Shown piece after piece: positions 1-14,676 of a stretch of DNA of 64,000 nt. The notes beneath the pieces were generated by a model. The model was not told the DNA's origin and made no database searches. It was given only the letters and a program-made list of their open reading frames with translations. The stretch lies in assembly GCA_951406725.2 (NCBI GenBank), contig OX597819.1:127162001-127226000 (forward strand), written 5' to 3'. Each line of letters opens with the position of its first letter. Positions within the stretch are counted from its first letter, which is position 1. This stretch comes from Octopus vulgaris. Its lineage: Eukaryota. The translations under genes and the position numbers were made by a program.

Positions 1-1022
<1,022 letters not shown>

Positions 1023-1049
1023 AGTCAATAGTTGTTTCTATGTGAAGTC

Positions 1050-1400
1050 ATACCTAAAATAATTCGACTTTACACGAAACAATCCAGTTTCAATTTCTGG
1101 CCTCTTAATTCCCGAGATTGTAATCTCACAGATTACAATATCTCAGCAGCATTTAATTCAAGATGTTGGCCAACATCGAAGGAGTATTCGAAGATTTTAC
1201 TGCGAGGAATGCATGCGTCAGGTTCCAGAGCTGTCTTCAGTCTGTGGCGAAATCTGAGGGTGGTTCCTTTGAGTAAAGCATTATCCTGCAGCCACAATGT
1301 ATTTCATATTTGATTGTTTTTAAAATTATATTTATTTTTGGATGAGATATTGTGTTTTCTTTCTCTTTTATGCCAGCTATCAAATTTTCCCGATCACTGT
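1050..1400 (+). pseudogene. maT/Tc1-like transposase 3' remnant
   Basis: FWPLNSRDCNLTDY is a degenerate WPPNSPDLNPLDY. Confidence 0.6.
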
Positions 1401-1444
1401 GTGTGTACTACGTACATACATACATACATATTCATTCGCCATGA

Positions 1445-1623
1445 TAGATCGTTAGCCGCTACACACATTTTTTCTCTCCTTCTTTTTTCTGTGTCACTTT
1501 CTGTAGAAGAGCGTAGGCTCGAAACGTAAAAGACTTTTTCTATTCCTGAGCGTTATACTAATACATCTGTTTGTTTTGTACACCACCTGCCTTCGTCTTT
1601 TGTTTTTTTTAGTAAACTCTCCC
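1445..1623 (+). mobile_element. About 170-bp dispersed element with a hammerhead-like motif (CUGUAGA core), copy 1
   Basis: CTTT-CTGTAGA-A-GAGC-gtag-GCTC-GAAA-CG-TA-AAAG at 1497-1532; four near-identical copies in the window. Confidence 0.7.
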
Positions 1624-1624
1624 T

Positions 1625-1637
1625 ATATATATATATA

Positions 1638-1669
<32 letters not shown>

Positions 1670-2060
1670 CATATATATATACATGCACGTCGCATACGTA
1701 TATATACACATACGTATATATACATACATACACACACACATACATACACAAATGCACACACACACAAACACACGCATATGTATATATCTTCCCACAAACA
1801 GATAAATTGTGTAATCACATACAAATAGTAATGTATTAATCTAAGATCGAATATTTTCAGTGTTTGGCAGAACCTGTTGTAAATCATCACACTGGATGGT
1901 CATGAATAGGAGAAAGATACACTTGCCTAACGACCAAAGACTAGTGAGGCCATTGGGAAATAGAGAGAGAGAGAGAAGCGAGAGAGAAAGACAGGGTGAA
2001 AGGAATAGAGTTAGCGAGAGAGAGAGAGAGAGAGAGAAGGTGAAAGAGGGAGAGATGGAG

Positions 2061-2108
<48 letters not shown>

Positions 2109-2462
2109 GTATATATATATATGTGTGTGTATATATATATATGTATATATATATATGTGTGTGTATATATATATACATATATATACATGCACGTCGCATA
2201 CGTATATATACATACATACTCACACAAATACATGCACAAATGCACACACACACAAACACACGCATATGTATATATCTTCCCACAAACAGATAAATTGTGT
2301 ACTCACATACAAATAGTAATGTATTAATCTAAGATCGAATCTTTTCAGTGTTTGGCAGAACCTGTTGTAAATCATCACACTGGATGGTCATGAATAGGAG
2401 AAAGATACACTTGCCTAACGACCAAAGACTAGTGAGGCCATTGGGAAATAGAGAGAGAGAGA
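1625..2462 (+). repeat. Local tandem duplication, period about 488 bp
   Basis: 1680-1970 recurs at about 2185-2460. Confidence 0.9.
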
Positions 2463-2464
2463 AG

Positions 2465-2613
2465 CAACAGCAGTAATAGTAGTAGTAGTAGTGGTGGTGG
2501 TGGTGGTGGTGGTAATAGTAGTGGTGGTGTTGGTAGTAGTAGTGGTGGTGGTGGTAGTAGTGGTGGTGGTAGTAGTAATAGTAGTGGTGGTAGTGGTAGG
2601 AGTGGTAGTGGTA

Positions 2614-2657
<44 letters not shown>

Positions 2658-2902
2658 GGTGGTGGTGGTGGTGTGGTGGTGGTGGTGGTGGTGTTGGTGG
2701 TGGTGGTGTTGGTGGTAGTAGTGGTGGTGGTGGTGGTGGTAGTAGTAGTAGTAGTGGTGATGGTGGTGGTGGTGGTAGTAGTAGTAGTAGTAGCAGTAGT
2801 GTTGGTGGTAGTAGTGGTGGTGGTGGTGGTGGTAGTAGTAGTAGTAGTAGCAGTAGTAGCAGTAGTAGCGGTTGTAGTGGTGGTAGTAGTAGCAGCAGCA
2901 GC

Positions 2903-2949
<47 letters not shown>

Positions 2950-2970
2950 CAACAACTACTACTACTACAG
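2465..2970. repeat. Compound (GTA/GTG)n microsatellite
   Basis: Direct reading. Confidence 0.98.
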
Positions 2971-3360
2971 CAACAAAAATAATTTCCTTATTTACCAGAA
3001 AGCTGATGACTATGGCAAACACTGAAAATGAAGTTACGAGCTATGAGCATAAATATATTCACAATCATGAACGAGAAATGCGCTTATGTCCATTCGGCAG
3101 TTTGCCAGAACTTTCTATCTTAACATAACCTAATTGGTTGAACCTTATTCTAGCAGTTCCATCAGAGAGCAACAGAGGTGCAATGCTTTGAGACATTCTT
3201 GCATTACTTATAAATTTTGATTCAAATAAAGGTGTGCAACCCGGATAATATTCTTAAAGAAAATCAAGAAAAATTATTGTTCCTCTTATTCCAATTTTTT
3301 CTTTTTTTTCTTTGAGGGAAACGACCACAAAATTACTTACATAGGTAAAATAATATCAAC

Positions 3361-3560
3361 CTATTTCTTTACTACCCACAAGGGGCTAAACACAGGGAGG
3401 ACAAACAAGGACAGATAAACGGATTAAGTCGATTATTTCGACCCCAGTGCGTAACTGGTACTTATTTAATCGACCCCGAAAGGATGAAAGGCAAAGTCGA
3501 CCTCGGCGGAATTTGAACTCAGAACGTAACGGCAGACGAAATACCGCTAAGCATTTCGCC
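3361..3560 (-). mobile_element. SINE family A
   Basis: Reverse-complement match; TSD-like ATAATATCAACC on both sides. Confidence 0.9.
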
Positions 3561-4050
3561 ATAATATCAACCGTGGAAAACTGAAAGAGAATGTGTGGGA
3601 AATATCAATTATTGATTGGGGTTCTCAGTATGATAAATTCACATGAGCAAAGGCAGCTATTGACACCAATGTTCTTGACGTCACGCACGCACTGGAAAGA
3701 AAAAAAAAAAAGATTTGCACACGAGTGGGCCAGCATCTGTGATATGCTCGATCGCTATAACAAATCAGAAATATGTTAGTATGTTTACTTGTTTTTTACA
3801 AGGATAAATGTTGTTCAAAGAAATGAACCTAAAATGTAAACAAATAGGATAAAATAAACAGGATAAATACCAATACGAAAGAGCGAGTGTTGGTGCGTCA
3901 CATACGTGAGATAAAAATATTAATAACTTCTACAGTACCCATCCATAAGCGTCAAAGAGTAAAGCCTGCAAGTGATCATTTGACTTGTTAGAAATAGCAG
4001 TCAAAGACTGACGAAATGCTTCTAGGCATTTTACAGGCCGTGCAAACGAT

Positions 4051-4275
4051 TCTATTTCTTTACTTCCCACAAGGGGCTAAACACAGAGAGGACAAACAAG
4101 GACAGACAAACGGATTAAGCCGCTCACATCGACCCCAGTGTGTAACTGGTACTTATTCAATCGACCCCGAAAGGATGAAAGGCAAAGTCGATCTCCGCGG
4201 AATTTGAACTCAGAACGTGAAAGAGACGAAATGAGGCTAGGTATCTTCCTCCGTGTAAAGGATTCTGCCAGGTCA
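4051..4275 (-). mobile_element. SINE family A
   Basis: Reverse-complement match. Confidence 0.85.
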
Positions 4276-4283
4276 CTAGCTTC

Positions 4284-4332
<49 letters not shown>

Positions 4333-4337
4333 CAACA

Positions 4338-4416
<79 letters not shown>

Positions 4417-5361
4417 CAACAACAGTAATAATAATAATAACAACAACAACAACAACAACAATAATAATGCTACAGCAAATACTCTGCTCAAAACCACAGA
4501 TTTGCTTGTCAGTTGTTTGGCCATAACTAGTTGAGCATGTCCCTTAGTGGGACAGCATCATGTAGTTTATTAACTGCAGAGTAATTTCCGATCTCAGCGC
4601 GCCAAAGTGAAGGCATTTGAAAGATACACATAAATATAATTTGTGGAACTCTATACAATGCTGGATTTCGGTCGAGAGTCCTGTATCTAGTTCTAGAAAT
4701 TGTATTTCATAAATGCTGATTATCTTGCAGGTGTTTATGTATTCATATACGTAAATTATTAACAAGTGAAACTAATTAGTACATGGGTAATTGTTTTTTA
4801 TTTCGTATATTTTCATTTGTCTTGCTTATTTTTACGCTTTGGTTTTTTGCTGAATTTTTTCTTGAGAACACATTCTCCGTGGAAAAAGGCGATTTAGACG
4901 TCTATATCTAGCATACAGGGTGTCCACGTTTAGTGGTCAATCCTCTAAATTTTGTATATACATATATACATATATACATATATATGTATATATACATACG
5001 TATATGTACGTACTTACATCTTTACGTATATATGCATATGTGGTCACTGGACGTCACGAAACTTGTTCAACAAAAGAGTACAATTTCGAATAACGAAAGA
5101 CACAAATGGAAAACAAAACAAACAACATAAAGAACGACTCTTCATCAATTGTGTGTAACGCCACGCATCCTCTTCTAAGTAAGTTTTATCTATCTATCTA
5201 GCTAGCTATCTAGCTATCTAAGCATGTATGTATGTATGTACGTATGTATGGATGCATATATGGATGCATGTGTGTATGTGTGCGCGCGTGTATGTATGTA
5301 CAGGGATATGTATATCTACGTGTTACATGTTTGTGTTTAGTGGGGTGCGTGCGTGTGTGTT

Positions 5362-5415
<54 letters not shown>

Positions 5416-5831
5416 TGTGTGTGTGTTTGATATGGTCAGCTATTATATAAATAGGTACGAAATTTGAGTATAATTGATCTGTTGTTATCATCTATTATGG
5501 ATCATTGGCATAGCTATGCTTAATTTCTGCGCACGAAAACTAAACCAGAGAAGGGAGTGCTTAATTAGCAACATGCAAGTCTTTTTTTCTTCCTCTTTTC
5601 CCTTCTTCCTTCCTCTCTTTTTATCATTCTTTCTTTCTTTATTTCCTCTTTGATCCGCTTTCCTTTTCTTTTCTATTTGTTTTAGTTTTAGAAAATGGTC
5701 TAACGCTTCATTTAATCACGATATATACACTTGCATCTGTGTGTATGTGTTGTTTGTTTTAAGTAGTAATAATTGCGTATAAGTATATTCGTGCATTTCA
5801 ATGCTTATATTTAAACTCTATGTACGTATAT

Positions 5832-6063
5832 ATTTCTTTACTACCCACAAGGGGCTAAACACAGAGAGGACAAACAAGGATACACAAACAGATTAAGTCG
5901 ATTACATCGGCCCCAGTGCGTAACTGGTACTTAATTTATCGACCCCGAAAGGATGAAAAGCAAAGTCGATCTCGGCGAAATTTAAACTCAGAGCGTAACG
6001 TCAGACAAAATACGTTAACGCATTTCGCCCGGCGCGCTAACGTTTCTGCCAGCTCGACGCCTT
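5832..6063 (-). mobile_element. SINE family A
   Basis: Reverse-complement match, full length. Confidence 0.9.
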
Positions 6064-6835
6064 GTACATATATTTTACTATTTATCAGGATATTGGGAAT
6101 CGGTCATGCCGAGGCATCACTTTGGGGGGTTAAGTAACCCCAATATAAATATATTTTGTTTGGTACTATTTTATTTCATCTTTTTACCAAACTGCTAAGA
6201 TATACGAGAATGTAAACACACAAACAGCGGTTATCAAGCAGTGACAGACAAATAAGAGCGCGCACACACTAATACATATATTTTCCAAAATGCATGCACC
6301 CACACACACGCACACAAATACACCCACCCACACATGTATATATGCGTGCGTGTGTGTGTGTGTATGTGTACGTGTGTGAGTATATGTGTGTATGGAAAGA
6401 GAAAGATGTGTTGCGGTATATATGAACGAGTACATGTTATTGTGTGCATGTACATACATATACGTGTATGTACATGTATATAGTTTGTATATGTATATCA
6501 GTCTATCTCTCCTTCTCTCTCTCTTTATATATATGTATGTATAGTTAAACACAAACCTCGAATCTGCTACATAAATTCCCTTCTGGGAAGGATCAACTTT
6601 AAGAGAATCTTACATTGCTTATAAATTCTACATCTGGAAGGACTCATATTAAACTCTGTTGGACTTTTGGATTTTACTCAAAGGATATTGGAATATAACA
6701 CATATATACCATTATGCCTATAAAACGGATTTACGAACTCAATACCCATACATATCTTACATCTATTTTCTTTCCTCCACCTCACTCTCTATTTGTATCA
6801 CATCGAAACTATGACTTAATTTTTCCTCTCACACC

Positions 6836-6890
6836 GTCTCCGATGAAGGGATATTATTATTAATTAATATTCTAGAAACAGCTGTAAGAC
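6836..6890 (+). ncRNA. Minimal hammerhead (U4C variant)
   Basis: GTCT-CCGATGA-a-GGGATATTA-loop-TAATATTCT-a-GAAA-CAGCTG-TA-AGAC; palindromic ACAGCTGT. Confidence 0.75.
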
Positions 6891-7751
6891 CTTCTATCTA
6901 TAAATGCTCTAATATCTATACAGCCTTGGTTTTTTATCTCATTACGCAAAGAATTCATATATATACACGCTGACATAGAACCAACGTTGAACCCTTTATT
7001 CGCAATATTACCAAATCTGGAACTTAACTATGGTCTGTCTATAGCATTTATTCAGCATTACCTGACACCTTTGGGTCTCAATGGCACCATTATCTCTCCT
7101 AACCTCAACTGTATGTATATTTATATAGAGAGAGTGGGGGGGGGGGGAGAGCGATCACATCACTGAAGGAGGTGTGTTACTGAGCAATCAGCCCTCTGAT
7201 GCAACTCCAAAAATCTTGGTAACATGGCTCATGTTCAACTTAAGCTTTTGTAAATCAATGCTTTTTTGAAAAGGAGTGAGAATTTCAGAAGGGTCGGATC
7301 TTAGTTATGAAGGCTAATATACAATATTTAACGTAGGGCTCGGTTAATGTTTGGGAAACAGGAGGTATTACGAGCGATGAAAGGTGGTTGTATCGATCAG
7401 AGTTGCTATGGTTGGTCAAGTGTAGTTAACTATTTTAGAAGATAAAGAGTCACTGTTGAAGAGTATCAGAGTGAAGAAATTAGGGGTCTCTCTGATTACA
7501 GTAACTACCTGTTACTCAGTATAATGGTGAATGTATGTGTATGCGTGCGTTTGTGTGTGTGTGTGCGCGTGTGTGTGTTGTGTGTGCGTTTGTGTTTTTG
7601 TCTCTGTGTTAAGTAGTATCAAAATTAGGTCGCACATGTATGAAGTTGGTAATTCAATGTGATTCATAGATGAACTTTGTAAAGGGTTAACAACTAGTCA
7701 AAACCGAAGAATTTTCTCACCCTGAAGAGGCAGCCAATGTCTTCGTATCCC

Positions 7752-8562
7752 AAAGACTGAAATTCTTAACTAACCACACAGTGATACGGAAAATTACTTA
7801 GGTTTCGCTTTGGATGGGAAATTTCTAAAACCAGAGACTCTGACCAAGCATAAAAACGACAAAACCTTATAGTCCTATAATTATATATACAAATACTTAA
7901 GTGTAATGTGTCTGTGTGTCGGGCACAACATTATTACAATTTTGTTGTTGTTTCAAATCATATACACCGTACATAGATCATATTAAACTAAATTCTTCAT
8001 TAAACTGCATCGTAGTGTGCGTTTACGGAGTTGGTGATTTCATAAAGAAGCCGTTGCCATGAGTATTCTCTCGACATTATAAGGTTTAGCATTTTGTCAC
8101 CTCTACGTCTTTAGTTTCGGGATATTCCTGCGTGAGAAAGCGTAGGGTTGTACTGCAAGATCGCTCATTGGCCTGCTGTAGTAATTGTGACGTCATGACA
8201 TTGCAGATGCCTTCTTTTGTCTTCAGTCCCGGTTGCTTTGTAGATTTGTCGTCAAATAAGAGCAGTTCTGATGTGTAGGTTACGGGTGAATGAGGTCTGT
8301 ACGATGCAGTTTAATGTAGAATTTAGTTTGATATGATCTATGTATGGTGTATATGATTTGAAACAACAACAAAATTGTAATAATACTGTGCTCGACACAC
8401 AGACACATTACTCTTAAGTATTTGTATACATAATTATAGGACAATAAAGCTTTGTAGTTTTTATGCTTGATCAGAGTCTCTGGTCTTATAAATTTCCTAT
8501 CCAAAGCGAAACCTAAGTAAGTTTCCGTATCACTGTGTGGTTAGGGAAGAATTTCGGTCTTT
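7752..8562. repeat. About 260-bp imperfect inverted repeat with a 285-bp spacer
   Basis: 7752-8014 is the reverse complement of 8300-8562, with scattered substitutions. Confidence 0.92.
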
Positions 8563-8970
8563 TTCCCTCTTCCAATTTGCTCTACACTGTTTGCTATCTT
8601 TGCACTTCCTTCTCTAAATAATAATAATAATAAATTACCTCGCCATGTCTGACTTCGGATATTAGATCTTTGTAACAGAATGGAATAAAGTGTTCCCAGG
8701 ATGAGCCCCTGCGGTCAGGCATCCTAAGCACTTGGAACATTCAATACTGAGTTCCAAATGACTCCAATGGTGAAACGTACGGTTTTTATACTTGTGTTTA
8801 TGTTAACTTCCACTACATATGCTTTGTATATCATAATTAACACTGTTAACTTCAGTGGGTGAAGAACCGCTACAGTGGAAGCTTGGGTTAATGGTAATCT
8901 ACGTAAAGTTCTAATACAATTGTAGACGTACATCTAACTGTACTCGCAACACACACACACACAAACACAC

Positions 8971-9014
<44 letters not shown>

Positions 9015-9074
9015 CGATAAATTGATAGATAAATAAATAGATCGATCGATCGCTAGATGGATAGACAGATAGAC

Positions 9075-9121
<47 letters not shown>

Positions 9122-9151
9122 AACAAAGAAAGAAAGAAATAAAGAAAGATT

Positions 9152-9197
<46 letters not shown>

Positions 9198-9227
9198 AAC
9201 AAAGAAATAAATAAATAAAGAAAGATT

Positions 9228-9273
<46 letters not shown>

Positions 9274-9290
9274 AAGAAAGAAGAAAGAAG

Positions 9291-9359
<69 letters not shown>

Positions 9360-9445
9360 TGATAAATAGATAGATAGATAGATAGATAGAAAGAAAGAAA
9401 GAAAGAAAGAAAAATAAGGAAAGATAGATAGATAGATAGTGATAA

Positions 9446-9509
<64 letters not shown>

Positions 9510-9852
9510 GTAGTTAGATAGATAGACAGATAAATACATACATAGATACATACAATACACAGATACAAAGAGAAATGTAAGTTAGTAAGAATAGGCCGTA
9601 ATTGCTCGAGCAGTACAACTTCTCTGCATTGTGAGGGTTCAAATAGTTAGATTAAATCGTATAGAGAAACTTCCAAATAATGTTTGAAAATATGAAAATG
9701 CTAAACTAAATTCAGGCTTATACACGACTGAGAAACGATAGAATTATTACTTTACGGTCCATTTTGGCGCCCAGTTGAAGCACCAATGTCAGGAAAATAT
9801 CTTCTTTGTTGTTTAAAGATTGGTGCAGTCATGCTTATATTTCTCTGTATAT

Positions 9853-10444
9853 TGGCGGTGAGCTGGCAGAAACATTGGCACGCCGGGCGAAATGCGAAGT
9901 CGTATTTCGTCTGCCGTTACGTTCTGAGTTCAAATTCCGCCGAGGTCGACTTTGCCTTTCATCCTTTCGGGGTCGATAAATTAAGTACTAGTGACGCACT
10001 GGGGTCGACGGAATCGACTTAATCCGTTTTGTCTGTCCTTGTTTGTCCCCTCTATGTTTAGCCCCTTGTGGGTAGTAAAGAAATAGGTATTTCGTCTGCT
10101 GTTACGTTCTGAGTTCAAATTCCGCCGAGGTCGACTTTGCCTTTCATCCTTTCGGGGTCGATAAATTAAGTACCAGTTACGCACTGGGGTCGATAGAATC
10201 GACTTAATCCGTTTGTCTGTCCTTGTTTGTCCCCTCTGTGTTTAGCCCCTTGTGGGTAGTAAAGAAATAGGTATTTCGTCTGCCGCTACGTTCTGAGTTC
10301 AAATTCCGCCGAGGTCGACTTTGCCTTTCATCCTTTCGGGGTCGATAAATTAAGTACCAGTTACGCACTGGGGTCGACTTAATCCGTTTGTCTGTCCTTG
10401 TTTGTCCTCTCTGTGTTTAGCCCCTTGTGGGTAGTAAAGAAATA
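9853..10444 (+). mobile_element. SINE family A (Meta-domain-like core), head plus three tandem body units
   Basis: GGCGGTGAGCTGGCAGAA head; three copies of GTTCAAATTCCGCCGAGGTCGACTTTGCCTTTCATCCTTTCGGGGTCGATAAA. Confidence 0.9.
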
Positions 10445-10777
10445 TATATATCGTCTGTATATTATTTGGTCAGTCATTAGAAACGCATGTTTTGAACCCA
10501 ACAGAGTCATACAATGAAATGGTTAATAAAGATTCCCATGTTTGTTTGAACCTGTAAATAGTAATTACCAGCCAATGCTGATCAGATAGCAGGTAATGAA
10601 GCTATTTTTCCCAGGAGGACTCTGGTTGCTTTTCTTTGTGTTCATAATGAATGAGGATACGTTTGAAAGAAAGTTGCTTCGTCTATTCGTCTACCGGAAA
10701 ACGTCAAATAATACACACATAAATATATAGATATATAAAAAACCCATTTACACACACACGCAAACTCATACGCATAA

Positions 10778-10824
<47 letters not shown>

Positions 10825-11703
10825 TACTCACATATACACACGCACATTCATACATATACGTGCATACAAATGCACAGACATATATCTAAGATATCACACT
10901 GTTATGTGAAGCGTAAAGTAATAATTTTTTTCTGAATCGAGCATAATCTGAATATAGCTTGATATTTTCAGAAAATAATGATGAATGTTCTTAAAACTGT
11001 CATTTTGCATAGTTTATTATAAGAGTTAAACAAACAAGCAAACAAAATAAATAAACATTGAAGACAATAACAAAAACAACGACGAGGATAAAAACAGTAA
11101 CAAGACAAAAAGTAAGCGAAATATAAAATATAACACTGATGCTTCTTTCACAAACGATAAAATTTAACGATTTTCTTCTTAAGCTTATCCGTTCTTCTAC
11201 ACTTTTCTACAGGTTGTAGATTTCAGATAAAGAGACAAAAAGAAAGACAGAAAGAAGGAAAGAAGGAAGGAAGGAAAGAAGGGAAAGGAAAAGGAGGCAA
11301 GCAAGGAAGGAAAAAGAAAAGCGAGAGAGTAAATAGATAAGATGCTGGACAACAAATCTGGAGCTCAGTGGTTGGTGTACACTCATTTAAACGGGTGTTG
11401 TATACGTAATTAACGTACGAAACACTCAACCGGTTTAATGTAAATGGTTACAGAAAGGTTTCACTAGATGTAATACTGTAAAATCTTTAATAATTTTTTT
11501 TTTGTTGCTACAGTTGCCCTCTTCTGGGTTTCTTTCTCGCATCAGAGATTTTCACTCAGACCATTGATCGAGAAAGTCACATTACATGGCCGCTCGACCT
11601 GCAAGATGTAGCAAAGAAGTCTCCCTCAAATGACACCTTAGCGTTTTAAAGTTGGAAAAATCACTGATTATTCAATCCTACAAATAATCATACGCGCACA
11701 CAT

Positions 11704-11761
<58 letters not shown>

Positions 11762-11764
<3 letters not shown>

Positions 11765-11985
11765 GGTCATCGTCAACCACTTCACCGAGGTATCCATACA
11801 CATGGGCCTGACCATCAGCCTTGGGGAGACGAAGGTCCTGATCCAGGCAGCCCCGAACACAACAAAACCTATGCCAGCATTCGCCATCGATAAGGTCACT
11901 CTGAATTGTGTCGAATGTTTCAGGTACCAAGTCAGAACCATCTCTGCTGTCGGTTCACTGGATAAAGAGTACTCCATCTGGCGAG
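11762..11985 (+). pseudogene. RTE-type LINE RT fragment
   Basis: QVIVNHF..MGLTISLGETKVLIQ..P..I..LNCVECFRY..TIS..SLDKE. Confidence 0.75.
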
Positions 11986-12199
11986 AGGAAAAATATTGAC
12001 ACACCTGAAGAACGTACTCGAGTTTCCATCTACGTGAAACTATTAGTAGCGTGTGAGGTGATCGTATAAAACAATACATATATCTATACTCTCTCTTTCT
12101 CTCTCTCTCTATCTCACACACACACACACGCACTCGCATACGCACATGTATATACCAGAAATTTTGAAAAGACATGCCCTACTGCTTGGCATTCGCGCC

Positions 12200-12732
12200 A
12201 AATTCTCCAATACGAACATGTGTCTGGGTGTCAATTTGAGGACAGTGCATATACCGAGACGGATAAAAATCAAAGATCCACTCAACATCATGGTGTTTAG
12301 AATGATAACTAGTGGTGGTGACGTTATGCCTCCATTCATCTTCCCGCACGGCTTCAAACTCAACACGGTGGCCTACATCAAGTGACTGGAGGAGGTTGTA
12401 CTGACCTGGGCGAAGAGGGTGCCTGCCTGCTAGAACACCCTATGTCTGACAAGAGGACTCTGCACCATGCCACACAAGCGGGAGAAACCAGTCATGGTTG
12501 TCAGACAATTTCTGCGACCACATTACTCCTAACACCTGGCCACCTAACTCCACAGACTGCAACATCCTTGACGTGTGGGGCACAGTTGAGCTAGAGACCA
12601 ACAAAACACCTTGTAACACAAAAGATGAACTGCAGGCAACGATTATGGCAGCATTCACCAACTTAAACAAGGAGACGGCTCAAAAGAGTTGCAAGAGATT
12701 TCGAAATCACCTGGAGACCGTGGTTAAAGCCA
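12200..12732 (+). pseudogene. Tc1/mariner (maT-like) transposase remnant
   Basis: MVF..ITSGGDVMPPFIFPHG, QEDSAPCH, WPPNSTDCNILD.WGTVELETNKTPCNTKDEL. Confidence 0.85.
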
Positions 12733-12747
12733 TATATATATACATAA

Positions 12748-12903
12748 ATTTTTCTCTCACCTTGTTTTTTCTGTGTCCCTTTCTGTAGAAGAGCGTAGGC
12801 TCAAAACGTAAAAGATTTTTTTCTATTCCTGAGCGTTATACTAATACATCTGTTTGTTTTGTACACCACTTGTCTTCGTCTTTCGTTTTTTCGTAAACTC
12901 TCC

Positions 12904-12904
<1 letters not shown>
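12748..12904 (+). mobile_element. Same 170-bp element, copy 2 (GAAA mutated to AAAA)
   Basis: Direct similarity to 1467-1623. Confidence 0.75.
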
Positions 12905-12941
<37 letters not shown>

Positions 12942-13144
12942 CTTAAGCAATGGAGTTAAACACAGGTGTTATTCAAATCTTTATACTTCCAACATATGTT
13001 TCGAAGAAAACATTGGTATTATTCCCGAGGGAATAAAATGATGCAAAACAATGTAATTATTTCAAGGAAAAAAAGGAGAAACAAGACACTTCAATAAGCC
13101 ATTTTAACAGAATGTGATTACCCATGGGTAATCCCATTCCGTAA

Positions 13145-13175
<31 letters not shown>

Positions 13176-13462
13176 CATATATATACACACATATATATAC
13201 ACTCATATACACATACTATGTATACTAATATATATGGATACACGCACAGACACACACAAAGCAGAGACCTGTTTTAATGGGAACGATTCACTTATGTCCT
13301 AAAAAATTGTTCCGATGATATATAATTGCAAATGAATGCGCACATTTATTCATAATTACCGCTTTTGCATATTAATGTTATTTTTCTTTGTGTTCCAGTA
13401 CTCTTGCGATTATCCGTTATCTTGATTATCTCATTATTATCAATTTTCGGAATTGAGTATAT

Positions 13463-13532
<70 letters not shown>

Positions 13533-13573
13533 GATTAGCTATATATATATCTATACATATAGTTATATATATG

Positions 13574-13641
<68 letters not shown>

Positions 13642-14059
13642 TAAATAGATAGATAGAGAGAGAGAGAGAGAGATGGATAGATAGATATCTACTTATATAT
13701 ATATTCGTATATATGTGCAATATACATATATAATATGTCATATTATATATGTGTGTGTATGCGCACACACACACATACACATGTATGTTTGTGTGCATAC
13801 ATACATAATTCTTCGTTGTTGACTTTCAAATGTTTGTGAGGATAATATCATTCTGGCAGATCAATTCCTGTTCACACTAGATGGGTCCCTATCCCAAAAG
13901 GGTAACTCCTCTCACTCGAGTGGGAGAGGGAGAAGCGGTAGAGGGGGAAAACGACAGTGAAACAGTTACACAAGCAGAGAGATGGACAGAGGGATGTAGG
14001 GAGGAAGAGAGAGAAAGGAACAGAGAGAGATAAGCTCTCTCTATAGGCGATGGACCCCT

Positions 14060-14560
14060 AATCCCAGAGCTTCTAATCTTCAGAGTAAAAGTGCCTTGCT
14101 TCATGCCTCTTTTATTGGTTTTTCGGATTATTTTTGGATCTCTTTTTGATCGACTGAGGGAATCTAATGGCCTTCTCATAACACTGTCAAGAGGGCGGCA
14201 CAATCGTAGAATTGTTTTATGATGTAGCGGTGTCAAGCGGTCTTGCATATACATCGTATCTCACTTGATCACATATCGACGAAACATACATCAATGCTGA
14301 GACCTCACCATGTTCCACGAAAGTGACAATGAAACAAGGGGCGATGTTGTCACCATTGTCTCTGTCGGTGATCCTTATCTTTCCCCTCTCTAAATATTTT
14401 TGGATTAATATATATGACAGATAAGTAATATTTACCTCACTTAAATGTAGATGTTCTATACTGTGGCAGACACCATGAGAGAAACTCACATACTGGCTTT
14501 TGGTGTAAAATGTACTCTTGCTTATATTACTAGTGGGGAAATGAATCCCTGCTATCTCTG
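14060..14560 (-). pseudogene. Possible highly decayed PLE thumb/endonuclease fragment
   Basis: HFPTS..YTKSQYVSFSHGVCHS..KYLERG, MYVSSICDQ..RPL and KRHEARHF loosely follow the PLE motif order. Confidence 0.4.
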
Positions 14561-14676
14561 GTGCTGTGGTATCAGTTTTTAAGCTGGTCTCGCGTAATTT
14601 GGACTTGGGGTCACGCCACATCTTTCATAAAAAGTTACGCACGTGCGGCCTTTCCCAATATGATATTTTACTTAAG

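Noticed and set aside
7722-7770. CTGAAGA..GAAA as a hammerhead
   Set aside because: Stem II does not close next to the core and no stem I pairing is present; probably a rearranged remnant.
9900-10444. CRISPR-like regular repeats (also 57460-58050)
   Set aside because: Tandem SINE bodies and a minisatellite with no unique spacers, in a eukaryotic context without cas genes.
13116-13133. Perfect 18-bp palindrome GATTACCCATGGGTAATC
   Set aside because: Isolated, with no supporting context; chance occurrence is plausible in 64 kb.
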